Source: Pseudonocardia sp. | Lineage (GTDB): Bacteria > Actinomycetota > Actinomycetes > Mycobacteriales > Pseudonocardiaceae | NCBI GenBank assembly: GCA_043716935.1 | Contig: JAYSXW010000004.1 | Location: 2,399 to 66,398, forward strand | DNA: 64,000 nucleotides | Reading direction: 5' to 3' | Notes under the pieces: generated by a model | Database searches by the model: none | What the model was told of the DNA's origin: nothing | What the model saw: only the letters and a program-made list of their open reading frames with translations | Shown: positions 1 through 9,688 of the stretch, piece after piece | How positions within the stretch are numbered: the first letter of the stretch is position 1 | Layout: the number at the start of each line of letters is the position of its first letter | Program-made: the position numbers and the translations under genes

Positions 1-609
1 CAGCCGGGCGTAGTCGCCCTGGGCCTCGACGTAGCGCACCGCGGACCGGGGCACCAGCTTGGTGGTGCCGGCCAGCTCGACGGGGATGACCTCGTCCTCG
101 CCGCCCGGGTCCTGCACTACCTCGGCCACGCCCGTGGCCCGGCTGGCCAGGATGCGGTCGATCGACGCGCCGAGCCGTTCGGAGCGGATCGGCTTGAGCA
201 GATAGTCGACGGCGCCGACCTCGTAGGCGTCGACCGCGCGGTCGTCGTGTGCGGTGACGAACACCACCGCGGGCGGGACGGCCATCGACGAGAACACCCG
301 CGCCAGCTCCAGGCCGTCCAGACCGGGCATGCGGATGTCGAGGAACACGACCTCGACGTGGGTGCGGTCGGCGACCCGCGTACCCGTCATCGGATCGGCG
401 AGGCCGCGGCTCGGGGGACCGGCCGTGGCGGCCTCGCGGACACCTTGACGGCTGTTGAGGATCCGCAGCGCGTCGGTGGCGTCGGACGCCTTGAGCACCA
501 TCCCGACGCGGGAGTCCTCGCTCAGCAGGTAGGCCAGTTCTTCGAGAGCCGGTTCCTCGTCGTCCACCGCGAGGACGACGAGGCCTCCGGAGCTGTCGTT
601 GCTGTCCAC
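1..609 (-). CDS. LytR/AlgR-family response regulator (REC + LytTR), runs off the window's left edge
   Basis: Read manually: GTG at 609 with GAGGAG RBS; VLAVDDEEPAL, VFLDIRMPGLDGLELA, VFVTAHDD, DYLLKP and LytTR-type VRYVEAQGDYARL. Confidence 0.9.
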   Translation of the reverse strand, partial: MDSNDSSGGLVVLAVDDEEPALEELAYLLSEDSRVGMVLKASDATDALRILNSRQGVREAATAGPPSRGLADPMTGTRVADRTHVEVVFLDIRMPGLDGLELARVFSSMAVPPAVVFVTAHDDRAVDAYEVGAVDYLLKPIRSERLGASIDRILASRATGVAEVVQDPGGEDEVIPVELAGTTKLVPRSAVRYVEAQGDYARL

Positions 610-715
610 GATCTCCTCATCCTGCGTGTCCGGGGCTCGCGCACAACCATGGTGACGGCGAATCCGTGTGAGTGCCAGACTTCAGCACCAGTCGGGTTCA
701 TCCGGTCACACCCTG

Positions 716-1603
716 CTACAGACCGTACCGCGCCCACGTGCTGCGGATCTCGGCCGCCTGCACCAGCCCGAGCAGGGCGTCCGGGCCGGGAAGGAACGGG
801 CTCGCGGCGGCGGGGTTCCCAGCCAGGCCCAACCGTGCCAGCAACGGCCTGCGACCGTCCACGGGAAGCAGCTCGGCGTCGGGGAAGCGGGCCGCGACGA
901 CGTCACGGACAGTGCCGAGGCCGTCGGCCAGGCCGAGCTCGACGGCCTTCGCCCCGGTCCACACCTCGCCGGTGAACAGGTCTGCGCCGGCTGCCAGCCG
1001 ATCGCCGCGACGGGCGAGGACCCAGTCCCGGAACAGCGCGTGCAGCTGGTCCTGGAGTCCGCGCAACCACTCGACGTCCTCGGGACTCTCGGGCAGGAAC
1101 GGGTCGAGCCGCGACTTCGACGTACCGGCCGTGTAGAGGCGGCGCTGCACGCCGAAGCGCTCGATCAGGCCGTCGAGCCCGAAGCCCTGGCTTATCACCC
1201 CGATCGAGCCGACCAGGGACGTCGCGTGCGCGAAGATCTCGTCCGCCGCGCACGCCAGCCAGTACCCGCCGGACGCCGCGACGTCCTCGCAGAACGCCAG
1301 GATCGGCACCCCCTTCTCGGCCGCGAGCCCCCGGATCCGGTCGGCCACCAGCGCCGACTGCGTGGGCGAGCCGCCGGGCGAATTGATCGACAGGGCGACG
1401 GCGACGAGTCCCTCGGGTGCGAACGCCCGTTCCAGCGTCTTTTCCAGGCCCGACGCGCTGATCACCGCACGGGGCACCGGCCCGCTGACCGCGGTGATCA
1501 CCCCCTGCAACCGCACCAACGACACCACGGGCCGGTCGGACCGCTCCCCGAGCCGTCCGGGGAGGTGGGCAGTGAGCCGTTCAGGAAGGCGGATCGCGTC
1601 CAT
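716..1603 (-). CDS. S49 family (SppA-like) peptidase
   Basis: INSPGGSP, DVAASGGYWLA, SLVGSIGV motifs. Confidence 0.9.
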   Translation of the reverse strand: MDAIRLPERLTAHLPGRLGERSDRPVVSLVRLQGVITAVSGPVPRAVISASGLEKTLERAFAPEGLVAVALSINSPGGSPTQSALVADRIRGLAAEKGVPILAFCEDVAASGGYWLACAADEIFAHATSLVGSIGVISQGFGLDGLIERFGVQRRLYTAGTSKSRLDPFLPESPEDVEWLRGLQDQLHALFRDWVLARRGDRLAAGADLFTGEVWTGAKAVELGLADGLGTVRDVVAARFPDAELLPVDGRRPLLARLGLAGNPAAASPFLPGPDALLGLVQAAEIRSTWARYGL

Positions 1604-1791
1604 GTGGACACGCTACGCGGCAGCCGTGCGGCGCGCGGCCCGTCGGGAGCTAGCCGTCAGCGGCAACAACCGGTCCAAGCGTGTCACCACCCTGGTGACG
1701 ACCACCGCCACGACACGGTCACCTGCGGCCTACCGATCGGAGGGCACGAGGATCCCGACTCGCGCAGACGTACGCCCCGACCCGCGGATGA

Positions 1792-3000
1792 TCAGACGCG
1801 GATGCCCGCTCGGAACTTCGGGACCCGAAGGGTGATCTTCATCCCCGCGCCGAGGGCGGTGTCCACCACGAGGCCGAAGTCGTCGCCGAAGGTGGAGCGC
1901 ATCCGGTCGTCGACGTTGCCGAGGCCGACGTGGGCGCCCGAGAGGTGGGCGTCGTCGAGGTCCTCGGTGAGGCGGGCCGGGTCCATGCCGATGCCGTCGT
2001 CCTCGACGATGATGACGCACTCGGCGCCGGCGTTCTCGGCGATGATGGTGATGGTACCGCCGTTGGGCTTGCTGGCCAGGCCGTGACGCACGGCGTTCTC
2101 GACGAGCGGTTGCAGCGCCAGGAACGGGAGCACCACCGTGAGCACCTCGGGGGCGATCTGGAGCCGGATGTTGAGCCGCGCCCCGAAGCGCGCCTTCTCC
2201 AACGCGATGTAGCGCTCGATGTTGGTCAGCTCGTCCTGCAACGTGGTGTAGTCGCCTGCGGTGCGGAAGGAGTACCGGGTGAAGTCGGCGAACTCGATGA
2301 GCAGCTCACGTGCCCGGGTCGGGTCGGTGCGGATGAACGACGCGATGGTGGTCAGCGCGTTGTAGACGAAGTGCGGGGAGATCTGCGCTCGCAGCGCGCG
2401 GACCTCGGCGCGGCCGAGACGGGCGCGCGATTCGTCGAGCTCGGCGAGCTCCAGCTGGCTGGAGACGTACCGCGCGACCTCGGCGGTGGCCCGCAGGAGA
2501 ACCGGGCCCGCGGTCGAGGTGGTGAGCGCGGCGAGGGTGCCGACGATCGAGCCGTCGGTCTCCAGCGGGACGACGACGATGCCGCGCACCCCGCAGTCGG
2601 GCCGGTCGCAGACGATCGCGGCGTGCGAGAGCACCTGCTGGCGGCCGGTGGTGATGACCTGCTCGGCCAGGGCGCGGACGTCGGGCTCGTGGCGGTCGGC
2701 GTCGCCGTCCCAGCTCAAGGTGATGCCGCGGTTGTCGGTCATCGTCATCGCGCACGTCTCCAGCAGCTGACGCAGGTAGGGCAGCGCGAAGGACGCCGAG
2801 CTCCGCGAGAGGCCCTCCCGGAGGGCGGGCGCGGCCAGCGCGACCGTGTGCAGGGTGGAGAACGTGCCCTTCTGCAGGGGCGTGGCGAAGGTGTTGCGCC
2901 TGTTGCGCAGGATCAGGTAGATGACCAGCCCGACCATGCCGAGGATGACGCCCAGAGCGACGAGCAGTAGCACCGTGGTGGATCCGAGCAGCTCGGCCAC
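1792..3000 (-). CDS. LytS-type sensor histidine kinase (N-terminal TM, GAF-like region, His_kinase/HATPase)
   Basis: ALRAQISPHFVYNALTTI, LQPLVENAVRHG, VEDDGIG, VGLGNV motifs. Confidence 0.9.
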   Translation of the reverse strand: MAELLGSTTVLLLVALGVILGMVGLVIYLILRNRRNTFATPLQKGTFSTLHTVALAAPALREGLSRSSASFALPYLRQLLETCAMTMTDNRGITLSWDGDADRHEPDVRALAEQVITTGRQQVLSHAAIVCDRPDCGVRGIVVVPLETDGSIVGTLAALTTSTAGPVLLRATAEVARYVSSQLELAELDESRARLGRAEVRALRAQISPHFVYNALTTIASFIRTDPTRARELLIEFADFTRYSFRTAGDYTTLQDELTNIERYIALEKARFGARLNIRLQIAPEVLTVVLPFLALQPLVENAVRHGLASKPNGGTITIIAENAGAECVIIVEDDGIGMDPARLTEDLDDAHLSGAHVGLGNVDDRMRSTFGDDFGLVVDTALGAGMKITLRVPKFRAGIRV

Positions 3001-3003
3001 GCG

Positions 3004-3879
3004 TCACCTCACCAGACGGGAGAGCCGCCGGTCGGCGAGCGGCTTGCCACCGGTCTGGCAGCTCGGACAGTACTGGAACGACCGGTTCGCGAACGAGACC
3101 TCCCGGACGGTGTCCCCGCACACCGGGCACGGCATCCCGGTGCGGGCGTGGACGCGCAGCCCGGAGCGCTTCTCGCCCTTGAGTGACGCCGCGCCCTGCC
3201 CGACCGAGCGGTCGACGGCATCGGTGAGCACCGACACCAGCGCGGCGTACAGGGCGCCGAGCTGCTCGGGCTTGAGCCGGCCCGACACGGCGTACGGGGA
3301 GATGCGAGCGGTGTGCAGGATCTCGTCGCTGTAGGCGTTGCCGACGCCGGCGATCGTCTGCTGGTCGACGATCAGGGTCTTGATCCGCTCGGTGCGTCCG
3401 GCCAGGAGCTCGGCGAACGCGTCACGGGTCAGCGACAGGGCGTCGGGCCCCAACCGCGCAATACCCGGCACGAGCTGCGGATCTCCGACCAGGTATACCG
3501 AGAGCCGTTTCTGGGTGCCGGCCTCCGTGAGGTCGAACCCCGGGCCGCCGACGTGGTCGAGGTGCACCCGCAGCTCCAGCGGCCCGCGGCCCGGCTTGGG
3601 CGGGGCGAGGCCCGCCGTCTCGTGCCAGCGCAGCCAGCCCGCGCGCGAGAGGTGGGTGAGCAGGTGCAGCGGGTCGTCGGGCCGGTCGAGGAACTCGACG
3701 GCGAGGAACTTCCCGTATCGCGCCGCGCCGGTGACGACCCGTCGGTGCAGGTCCGTCGTCGGGGGGTCGAAGGTCTTGACAGCGCTCATCGAGGCCACGT
3801 CCACCCGCGCGACGGGACGGTACAGCGCGTGTTCGCGCAGGTGGTGGGCCAGCGCCTCGACCTCGGGTAGCTCGGGCAC
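3004..3879 (-). CDS. Fpg/Nei family DNA glycosylase
   Basis: N-terminal MPELPEV, H2TH segment (IAGVGNAYSDEILH), C-terminal CPVC..CPSC zinc finger. Confidence 0.92.
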   Translation of the reverse strand: MPELPEVEALAHHLREHALYRPVARVDVASMSAVKTFDPPTTDLHRRVVTGAARYGKFLAVEFLDRPDDPLHLLTHLSRAGWLRWHETAGLAPPKPGRGPLELRVHLDHVGGPGFDLTEAGTQKRLSVYLVGDPQLVPGIARLGPDALSLTRDAFAELLAGRTERIKTLIVDQQTIAGVGNAYSDEILHTARISPYAVSGRLKPEQLGALYAALVSVLTDAVDRSVGQGAASLKGEKRSGLRVHARTGMPCPVCGDTVREVSFANRSFQYCPSCQTGGKPLADRRLSRLVR

Positions 3880-3880
3880 G

Positions 3881-4321
3881 CTAGTTCACCGGCTGCAGCG
3901 GGCTGTCGGCGTGACCGGGCGTGCCCTGCGAACGGATCCGCCGCACGACGATGCGCATCTCCTCCTTGGCCTTCGCCCCGCCGCGCACGAGGCCTGTCCA
4001 GCGCTCGGCGGGCAAGTCGTAGGCGCCCTCGGTCTCGGCGACCACCGTCCACGGCCGCCGCAGGAGCCACCGGATCGGGAAGAACGCCACGATCAGCGCC
4101 CCCACCAGGAGCATCCACAGCGGGACATGGACTAGGGCGGGCTTCCACACCAGGAGGACGACCCAGAACACGAAAAGCATCGACAGGATGAGCCCCGCGC
4201 CGACGCGACCGCCGTCGACGTCGTGCTCGAAATCGTCACCCGTGGCGGGCATGGCCCACTCCATCTTGCGTCGCACCACCCAGGTGCGCCCGTCCACACC
4301 GGCGACCGTCTTCGTGCTCAT
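3881..4321 (-). CDS. Conserved hypothetical membrane protein (2 TM)
   Basis: Two hydrophobic segments; operonic spacing (1 bp) with the Fpg gene. Confidence 0.65.
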   Translation of the reverse strand: MSTKTVAGVDGRTWVVRRKMEWAMPATGDDFEHDVDGGRVGAGLILSMLFVFWVVLLVWKPALVHVPLWMLLVGALIVAFFPIRWLLRRPWTVVAETEGAYDLPAERWTGLVRGGAKAKEEMRIVVRRIRSQGTPGHADSPLQPVN

Positions 4322-4372
4322 GTCCCCGAGTTTTCCACATCTCGGACGCGATGGGCCGGCACCGAAGGGGTG

Positions 4373-4687
4373 TCAGCAGGGGTCGCGGGCGTCCGTGCTG
4401 TCCGGTCGGCCCGGTGCGAGCAGCGAGGTGACCACCAACTCGACGGGCACCGGGCCGTCGTTGCGAACGAGGTGCACCTGCGCATCGGGCAGGACGACGG
4501 CGTCCCCGGAGGAGAACCGGACGGGATCGCACTCGTCCTCGGTCAGGATCGTGAGGGTGCCGGCCGACACGATGGAGGTCTCGGTACCCGGAAGTCGCTG
4601 CCAGCCCGTGGTCTGCCCGGGCGCCATGACGACGTCCCCCGATCGCGCTTCGGAGTTGCTGGTGACAGTGGTCACCGGCTCCGGCAT
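4373..4687 (-). CDS. Cupin-domain protein with degenerate first metal motif
   Basis: VMAPGQTTGW..PG, GTLT, GDAVV, HLVRN cupin pattern; GWQRLPG where GWHxHPG is usual. Confidence 0.65.
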   Translation of the reverse strand: MPEPVTTVTSNSEARSGDVVMAPGQTTGWQRLPGTETSIVSAGTLTILTEDECDPVRFSSGDAVVLPDAQVHLVRNDGPVPVELVVTSLLAPGRPDSTDARDPC

Positions 4688-4694
4688 GCGGTGA

Positions 4695-5294
4695 TCAGAC
4701 GGGGAAGAGATCGGAGAGCGCGTGGCTCAGAGCCCACTGCGACCAGTCCGGTGCCGTCCAGCCCTGCCGGACCACCAGCTGCTCGTAGGTCTCCGGCGCC
4801 AGCAGCACCGCCAGGACGTCCGTGGCTCGGGCCAGCGAGAGGACGGTGGTGAAACCCGGCGCCTCTGCCACCGTGTCGACGGTGGCGGCGTGGCGGGCGA
4901 GCGCGAGGGCGCGACGGCGGTGCAGCAACTGTGCCGGTTCGGGATCGGCGGCGGCGGCGCGCAGGACGGCGTCGAGCGGGTGCTGCCGTTCGACCTCAGC
5001 TGCGCTGGCCGAGACGTGCGCGGCGAGTACCCCCTGGCCGTCGCCGGCGGGCGGATGAGGGTCCCCGATCGGTTCGTCCCTGCGGCTGTGGGCGAGCGCC
5101 GCTTCCAGTACCGAGGCCTTGCTGCCGAAGGACAGGTAGAGGGTCTGCACGGCGACACCGGCGGCTTGCGCGATGCCCGCCATCGTCGTGTCGAGGTAGC
5201 CCCGCGCGACGAACAGAGGCCCGGCTGCGTCGACGATGCGCGCTCGGGTGGCTGCGGCCCGGCCGGCCTGGGCGTCGCGTCGGCGGGTGGGCAC
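4695..5294 (-). CDS. TetR/AcrR family transcriptional regulator
   Basis: TRARIVDAA..F..RGY..TTMAGIAQAAGVAVQTLYLSFGSK HTH; AGGAG RBS. Confidence 0.9.
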   Translation of the reverse strand: MPTRRRDAQAGRAAATRARIVDAAGPLFVARGYLDTTMAGIAQAAGVAVQTLYLSFGSKASVLEAALAHSRRDEPIGDPHPPAGDGQGVLAAHVSASAAEVERQHPLDAVLRAAAADPEPAQLLHRRRALALARHAATVDTVAEAPGFTTVLSLARATDVLAVLLAPETYEQLVVRQGWTAPDWSQWALSHALSDLFPV

Positions 5295-5306
5295 GAGGTC
5301 TCCTGA

Positions 5307-6888
5307 CTAGAACGTTGCTCCACAATGAAGTACCAGTATTGCATCCCAGGTCGTGGATCTCGGGATGCCGGATCCGCCCGTCACGCCGTTGGTCCGCTGC
5401 GGGGCGCAGACCGGGAACGTCGACGCGGAGCGTGACGGTGATCCCGGCGCCCCGATTCCGGCAGCCACGGCGGCGACCACTCGGCCCCAGTGGCACGTGC
5501 ACGAGTCCAGCCCGCCGATGGTGTGGGCGAGCCAGAAGCACAGTTGCCACTGGTCCTGCTGGTCGCCGCCGGGGGTGCCGAACGCCAACCACGGATCGCC
5601 GTCGCGCAGCCCGAGCGAGGGGCTCAGCGTGGTGCGCGGGCGGCGGCCCGGCACCAGCCACGAGGGCAGCCCCTCCTCCAGCCAGAACATCTGCGCGCGT
5701 GTGCCGAGGCGGAAGCCGAGCGCGGGGATCGTCGGCGACGACTGCAGCCACCCGCCCGACGGCGTCGCGGAGATCATGTTGCCGGCAGCGTCCACGACGT
5801 CGACGTGCACGGTGTCGCCGCGCACGGCGCCGCTGCGGCTGACTGTCGGCTCGCCCGACCCCGACCCCGACCCCGACCATCCCGTCACCGTGCGCCGTCC
5901 CAGGTGAGGCGGCGTAGCGCGGCGCGTGGCCGTCGGGCGCGGCGGGACGCAGTTCCAGCGAGGCATCATCGGTGATCAGCGGCCGGCGGGCGGAGGCGTG
6001 GGCACGGGAGACCAGCGCGTCGAGCGGCACGGGTGCGCTGTCGCCGTACCAGGCCTCGCGGTCGGCAAAGGCGAGCTTGGCGGCCTCCACGGCGCGATAT
6101 ACCGTGCGCGCGCTCGCCACCCCGTCGGCGTAGTGCGCCTCGCCGTCGAGCATTTGCAGGATCTGCGGCAGCACCGGGCCCTGGGACCACGCCCCGGCTT
6201 TCGCCACCGACCACCCGCCCCCGACATCGACGACCGGTGCGTCCTCGTAGCCCGCCGACCAGGCCGCCATGTCGTCCGCGGTGAGGACGCCGGCGTGGTC
6301 GCGGCCGGAGTCGTCTCGCACCGGTACGCGGCAGAACGCGTCGATCTCCTGCGCGACGAAGCCGCGGTACCAGGCGTCCCGGGCGCCGTCGATCCGGTCG
6401 TGGCGCGCGGCTGCGGCCTCGTCGAGCACGCGCCGCCAGGTGGCTGCGAGGGCCGGCAGCCGGTGCTGCGACGACGGCACCGCGCCGCCGGGCAGCCACG
6501 TCGCGGCCGACGACGGCCAGTGCTCCCGGAAGTGCCCGGCGGCGGCGGCGATCGTGGGCGCGATGCGCGGGACCAGCGGGAACCCATTCGCCGCATAGCC
6601 GAGGGCGGGCGCGAGGACTTCGGCGAGCGTGCACGGTGCCGTGGTCGCGCAGCAGGCTGAGCCAGCCGTCCCAGGGACGGTGGCGGCGGTGAGGAACACG
6701 GCCGGCACCTCCCCACCCGGCCCGCAGAGGTGCGGCTCCACGACCTGCAGTACGAACCCCGCAGTCACAGCGGCATCGAACGCGTCACCCCCGCGGGCGA
6801 GGACTGCCATCGCCGTGGAGGTCCCGAGGTGGTGTGTGCTGGAGGCGGCGCCGTGCGCGCCTCGTCGCTCGTGCGTCCTGGGCATCAC
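5307..6888 (-). pseudogene. ggt: Gamma-glutamyltransferase family pseudogene (internal deletions and frameshifts)
   Basis: N-half (GGDAFDAAVTAGFVLQVVEPHLCGPGGE) in ORF 4996-6888; C-half (GEPTV..GDTVHVDVVD, FGTPGGDQQDQW) in ORF 5307-5969; frame switch near 5853; homology lost after HTIGGLD. Confidence 0.85.
5854..5877. repeat. Hexamer tandem repeat (CCCGAC)x4 at the ggt frameshift
   Basis: Directly visible: cccgac cccgac cccgac cccgac. Confidence 0.9.
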
Positions 6889-7033
6889 CGATCCTGGACG
6901 GGTACGGGTGCCGCCCGCCGTCCAGACCTCAACGAAAGCTCAGCGCCGACGGGCGCACCGCGATCGGCCGCCCGGCTACGTGACGGCCGATCCGAACGGC
7001 TCCGCGATTCGGGCCCCGCCTCGACGAGCCTCG

Positions 7034-7678
7034 TCACTGCCACGACCGTAGCGTCCCGGCCAGGTTCATGACGTCGTCCACGAGCGTGCGGATCGCGGGC
7101 AGGCGCGCCAGCCGCAGGAGTCGGGCGATCATCGGGCTCGCGGTGTCGATCAACAGGCGGGTGCGGGCACGGTCGGCCGAGCGGTCGTGCACCCAGAACA
7201 GGGTGACAGCTAGGTAGGCGAGCCAGAGCAGCTCGGGCAGCTCGGCCCGCAACTGCGGGGTCATCGGCGTCCCCTCGATGACCTCGCGGAACATGCCCAC
7301 GGCCGCGGCACGCGAGATCGCCGACTGTGAGCTGAACGGGCTCGACGGCGACGCCGGGTCGACCGCGACCCGGACGAAGGTGCCCGCGAACTCGTGGTAG
7401 GGCTCCATCACGACGACGCCGGCGTGGAGCACGCCGCGCAGCCGCTCGGTCAGGTCGGTGTGTTCGGCGAGCACGGCCGTGGCCCGCCTGCGGTGCTCGT
7501 CCTGGATGTCGGCGTAGAACGCCTGAACCAACTCCTCCTTGCCGGAGAAGTAGTGGTAGGCGTTGCCCACCGACACCTCGGCCGCGCTCGCGATGCCCCG
7601 CATCGTCGTCTTCTCGAAGCTCTGCTCGCGGAACAACCGCAGCGCGGTGTCGAGGATCAGCTGGCGCGTGTCGGTCAT
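7034..7678 (-). CDS. TetR/AcrR family transcriptional regulator
   Basis: TRQLILDTALRLFREQSFEKTTMRGIASAAEVSVGNAYHYFSGKEEL HTH. Confidence 0.92.
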   Translation of the reverse strand: MTDTRQLILDTALRLFREQSFEKTTMRGIASAAEVSVGNAYHYFSGKEELVQAFYADIQDEHRRRATAVLAEHTDLTERLRGVLHAGVVVMEPYHEFAGTFVRVAVDPASPSSPFSSQSAISRAAAVGMFREVIEGTPMTPQLRAELPELLWLAYLAVTLFWVHDRSADRARTRLLIDTASPMIARLLRLARLPAIRTLVDDVMNLAGTLRSWQ

Positions 7679-7688
7679 CCCACGGTCC

Positions 7689-7742
7689 TGAACATGTTCA
7701 CGAGCATGTCCGGACCGTACCTCACGTTTTGAACGCGTTCAA
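7689..7742 (-). promoter_or_regulatory. Sigma-70-type promoter (TTGAAC-N17-TACGGT) with two palindromic operators TGAAC-NN-GTTCA
   Basis: Perfect palindromes TTGAACGCGTTCAA (7729-7742) and TGAACATGTTCA (7689-7700); minus-strand -35 at 7742-7737 and -10 at 7719-7714. Confidence 0.75.
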
Positions 7743-7750
7743 GCGACGTG

Positions 7751-9526
7751 TCACAGCTCCGATGCGAGCGGGACGGCCTCGATCGCGGGCGAGGTCATCC
7801 AGTCCCGCAGTGCCGCGGTGGCAGCAACGTCGTCGGCGTTGTACTCCAGCAGCCGGACGCGTTGGGCCCGGTCGGGCTCCGCGCCGTCCAGGCCGACGGC
7901 ATCGCGGTACCAGCGCATCGAGTTCTCCCCGCTCGCATCGGCGTCGCGCCAGGCGAAGCCCGCCGCGGGGGCGATCCGTTTGAGGCCCTTCCCATGGGCG
8001 CAGAGGAACCAGTCACTGACCACGGCGAACAGATCGACCCATGACGAGTCGGCGATGAACGCCTCCACCTCGGCGACGGGCGGGATGCCCGGCCGGCCCA
8101 CGAACCGCCGCGCCGACGCCAGCAGCCACCGGTTCTCGGCCTGCTCGTTGTAGCAGTAGGCCGCGAAGGTACGGCCGGTCGCGGTCGCCCGCGCCCGGAT
8201 CCCGGAGAGCCACGTCCAGAACTCGGCAAAGGAGCGGGCCTCGTCCAGGGTGGGAACAGGATCCCAGGTGGCGAACGCGCGGTAGCCGGGCTCCTCGTCG
8301 CCCGGCCGGGTGCCGGCGGGATGGCGCAGCAGCACCCCCCAGAGGTACGCGCCGGACTCGCCGAAGCTCTCCATGTCCACGTCCACCTCCATGTCGGCCC
8401 GCAGCACCGGCACGGCCGCCACCCGTCGCACCACCGACAGCCCGCGCAGCCACGCCCGGGCCAGCGCGACCATGTCCTCGAACGGCTGGCCGGGCGTCGG
8501 TATCGGCGCGGGAGCCGCCGCGTCGGCCGCCGCGAGCTGGGTGACGGTGGTGATGCCGACCTCGCGCAACGCCGTCGACGTCTCCCCGCGCACCACGAGG
8601 CTGACGTCCTGGCGTTGCCGCAGAACGGCCTCGCACGTGGGCCACCAGGGACAGTGCCGGCACTCGATGATGCGGGAGGGCTCCGCCAGCGCGGGCGCAC
8701 CGGTCGCGGCAGCGGCGGCGACGTCGCCGCGATCGGCGAACCGCGCGTCGTACTCGACGAGGGTGGAGCGGCCGCCGGGCCAGTGGCCCGCCCGCAGGTC
8801 GTGCCACACGACGACATCGGCGTCCATCCCGATGACGCCACCGTGGTCGGCGGAGCGTTCCGGCCTCCTGGCGGCCCAGCCCGCGGCCTGCAGCATGCGG
8901 TGCAGATGCGCGAGTCGCAGCAGGTCGCGCGGCTGCGACCGGACCCGCCGCGCCGGATCGGGCTGGGCCCGGTGCGGCGACGGCTCGAGCAGCGGGGCGG
9001 TAAGCGCGCCGGCACCCGGATCGGTGATCCGGTGCCGGACGACGATCACGGGCAGGTAGCCCCCCGACGGAACCCGTAGCAGCAGCTCCACCGCACCGCG
9101 GCGCCCGCCCGACGCCGGTAGCACGGCACCCCAGACGAACGGGGCCTGCGCCGCGACGGCAGCCTGGGTGGCTGCGATCCGCTCCCGGACCGAGCCCCCA
9201 CTCGGCACCACGGACCAACCCGGGCCGGCCACGGCGGCGAGCACCCGCCCGACCCGCACCCGGTGCTCGGCGGCATCGGTCCGGCGCTGTTCCAGCGCCG
9301 GGTCCGGTAGCGCCCTGGGCGACGAAGCGGCAGCGGGATCGTGATCGAGATGAACCCGCCGCCGACAGCTGCTGGTGGCGGCGGCGTCCAGCTGGACCGG
9401 CGGTGGGACCGGCGGGGCGACCGGGGGCGGCAGGGCGGAACCGGGCAACACGGCCCCGCCGGCCGCGCCCGTCGGGGGAGAGGGTCGCTCGGTCGCGGTC
9501 ACGGTCCCGAGGGTAATGACCGGCAC
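7751..9526 (-). CDS. TM0106 family RecB-like putative nuclease with C-terminal RNase H-like/DEDD domain (start uncertain)
   Basis: N-terminal CRRRVHLD plus ECRHCPWWPTC Fe-S staple pattern; VDVDMES, YCYN, VDLF, GLK, YNADDV motifs. Confidence 0.8.
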   Translation of the reverse strand: MPVITLGTVTATERPSPPTGAAGGAVLPGSALPPPVAPPVPPPVQLDAAATSSCRRRVHLDHDPAAASSPRALPDPALEQRRTDAAEHRVRVGRVLAAVAGPGWSVVPSGGSVRERIAATQAAVAAQAPFVWGAVLPASGGRRGAVELLLRVPSGGYLPVIVVRHRITDPGAGALTAPLLEPSPHRAQPDPARRVRSQPRDLLRLAHLHRMLQAAGWAARRPERSADHGGVIGMDADVVVWHDLRAGHWPGGRSTLVEYDARFADRGDVAAAAATGAPALAEPSRIIECRHCPWWPTCEAVLRQRQDVSLVVRGETSTALREVGITTVTQLAAADAAAPAPIPTPGQPFEDMVALARAWLRGLSVVRRVAAVPVLRADMEVDVDMESFGESGAYLWGVLLRHPAGTRPGDEEPGYRAFATWDPVPTLDEARSFAEFWTWLSGIRARATATGRTFAAYCYNEQAENRWLLASARRFVGRPGIPPVAEVEAFIADSSWVDLFAVVSDWFLCAHGKGLKRIAPAAGFAWRDADASGENSMRWYRDAVGLDGAEPDRAQRVRLLEYNADDVAATAALRDWMTSPAIEAVPLASEL

Positions 9527-9688
9527 CGACAGTTCGCGCAGGATCGCTCCCGACCGAGCGCAGCGGGGGCCCGCCCGCGCCTCTACGCTGCACCCGGCCG
9601 GTGATCACACCGGTCGGGTACGAGGAGGATCAGCGAGCGTGCGGGCGAATGGCGAGACAGCGCTCGATCGAGCGCAGCGAGGGAGGCG

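Noticed and set aside
360-450. ~25-aa insertion in the LytR receiver domain
   Set aside because: In-frame low-complexity loop; probably ordinary variation
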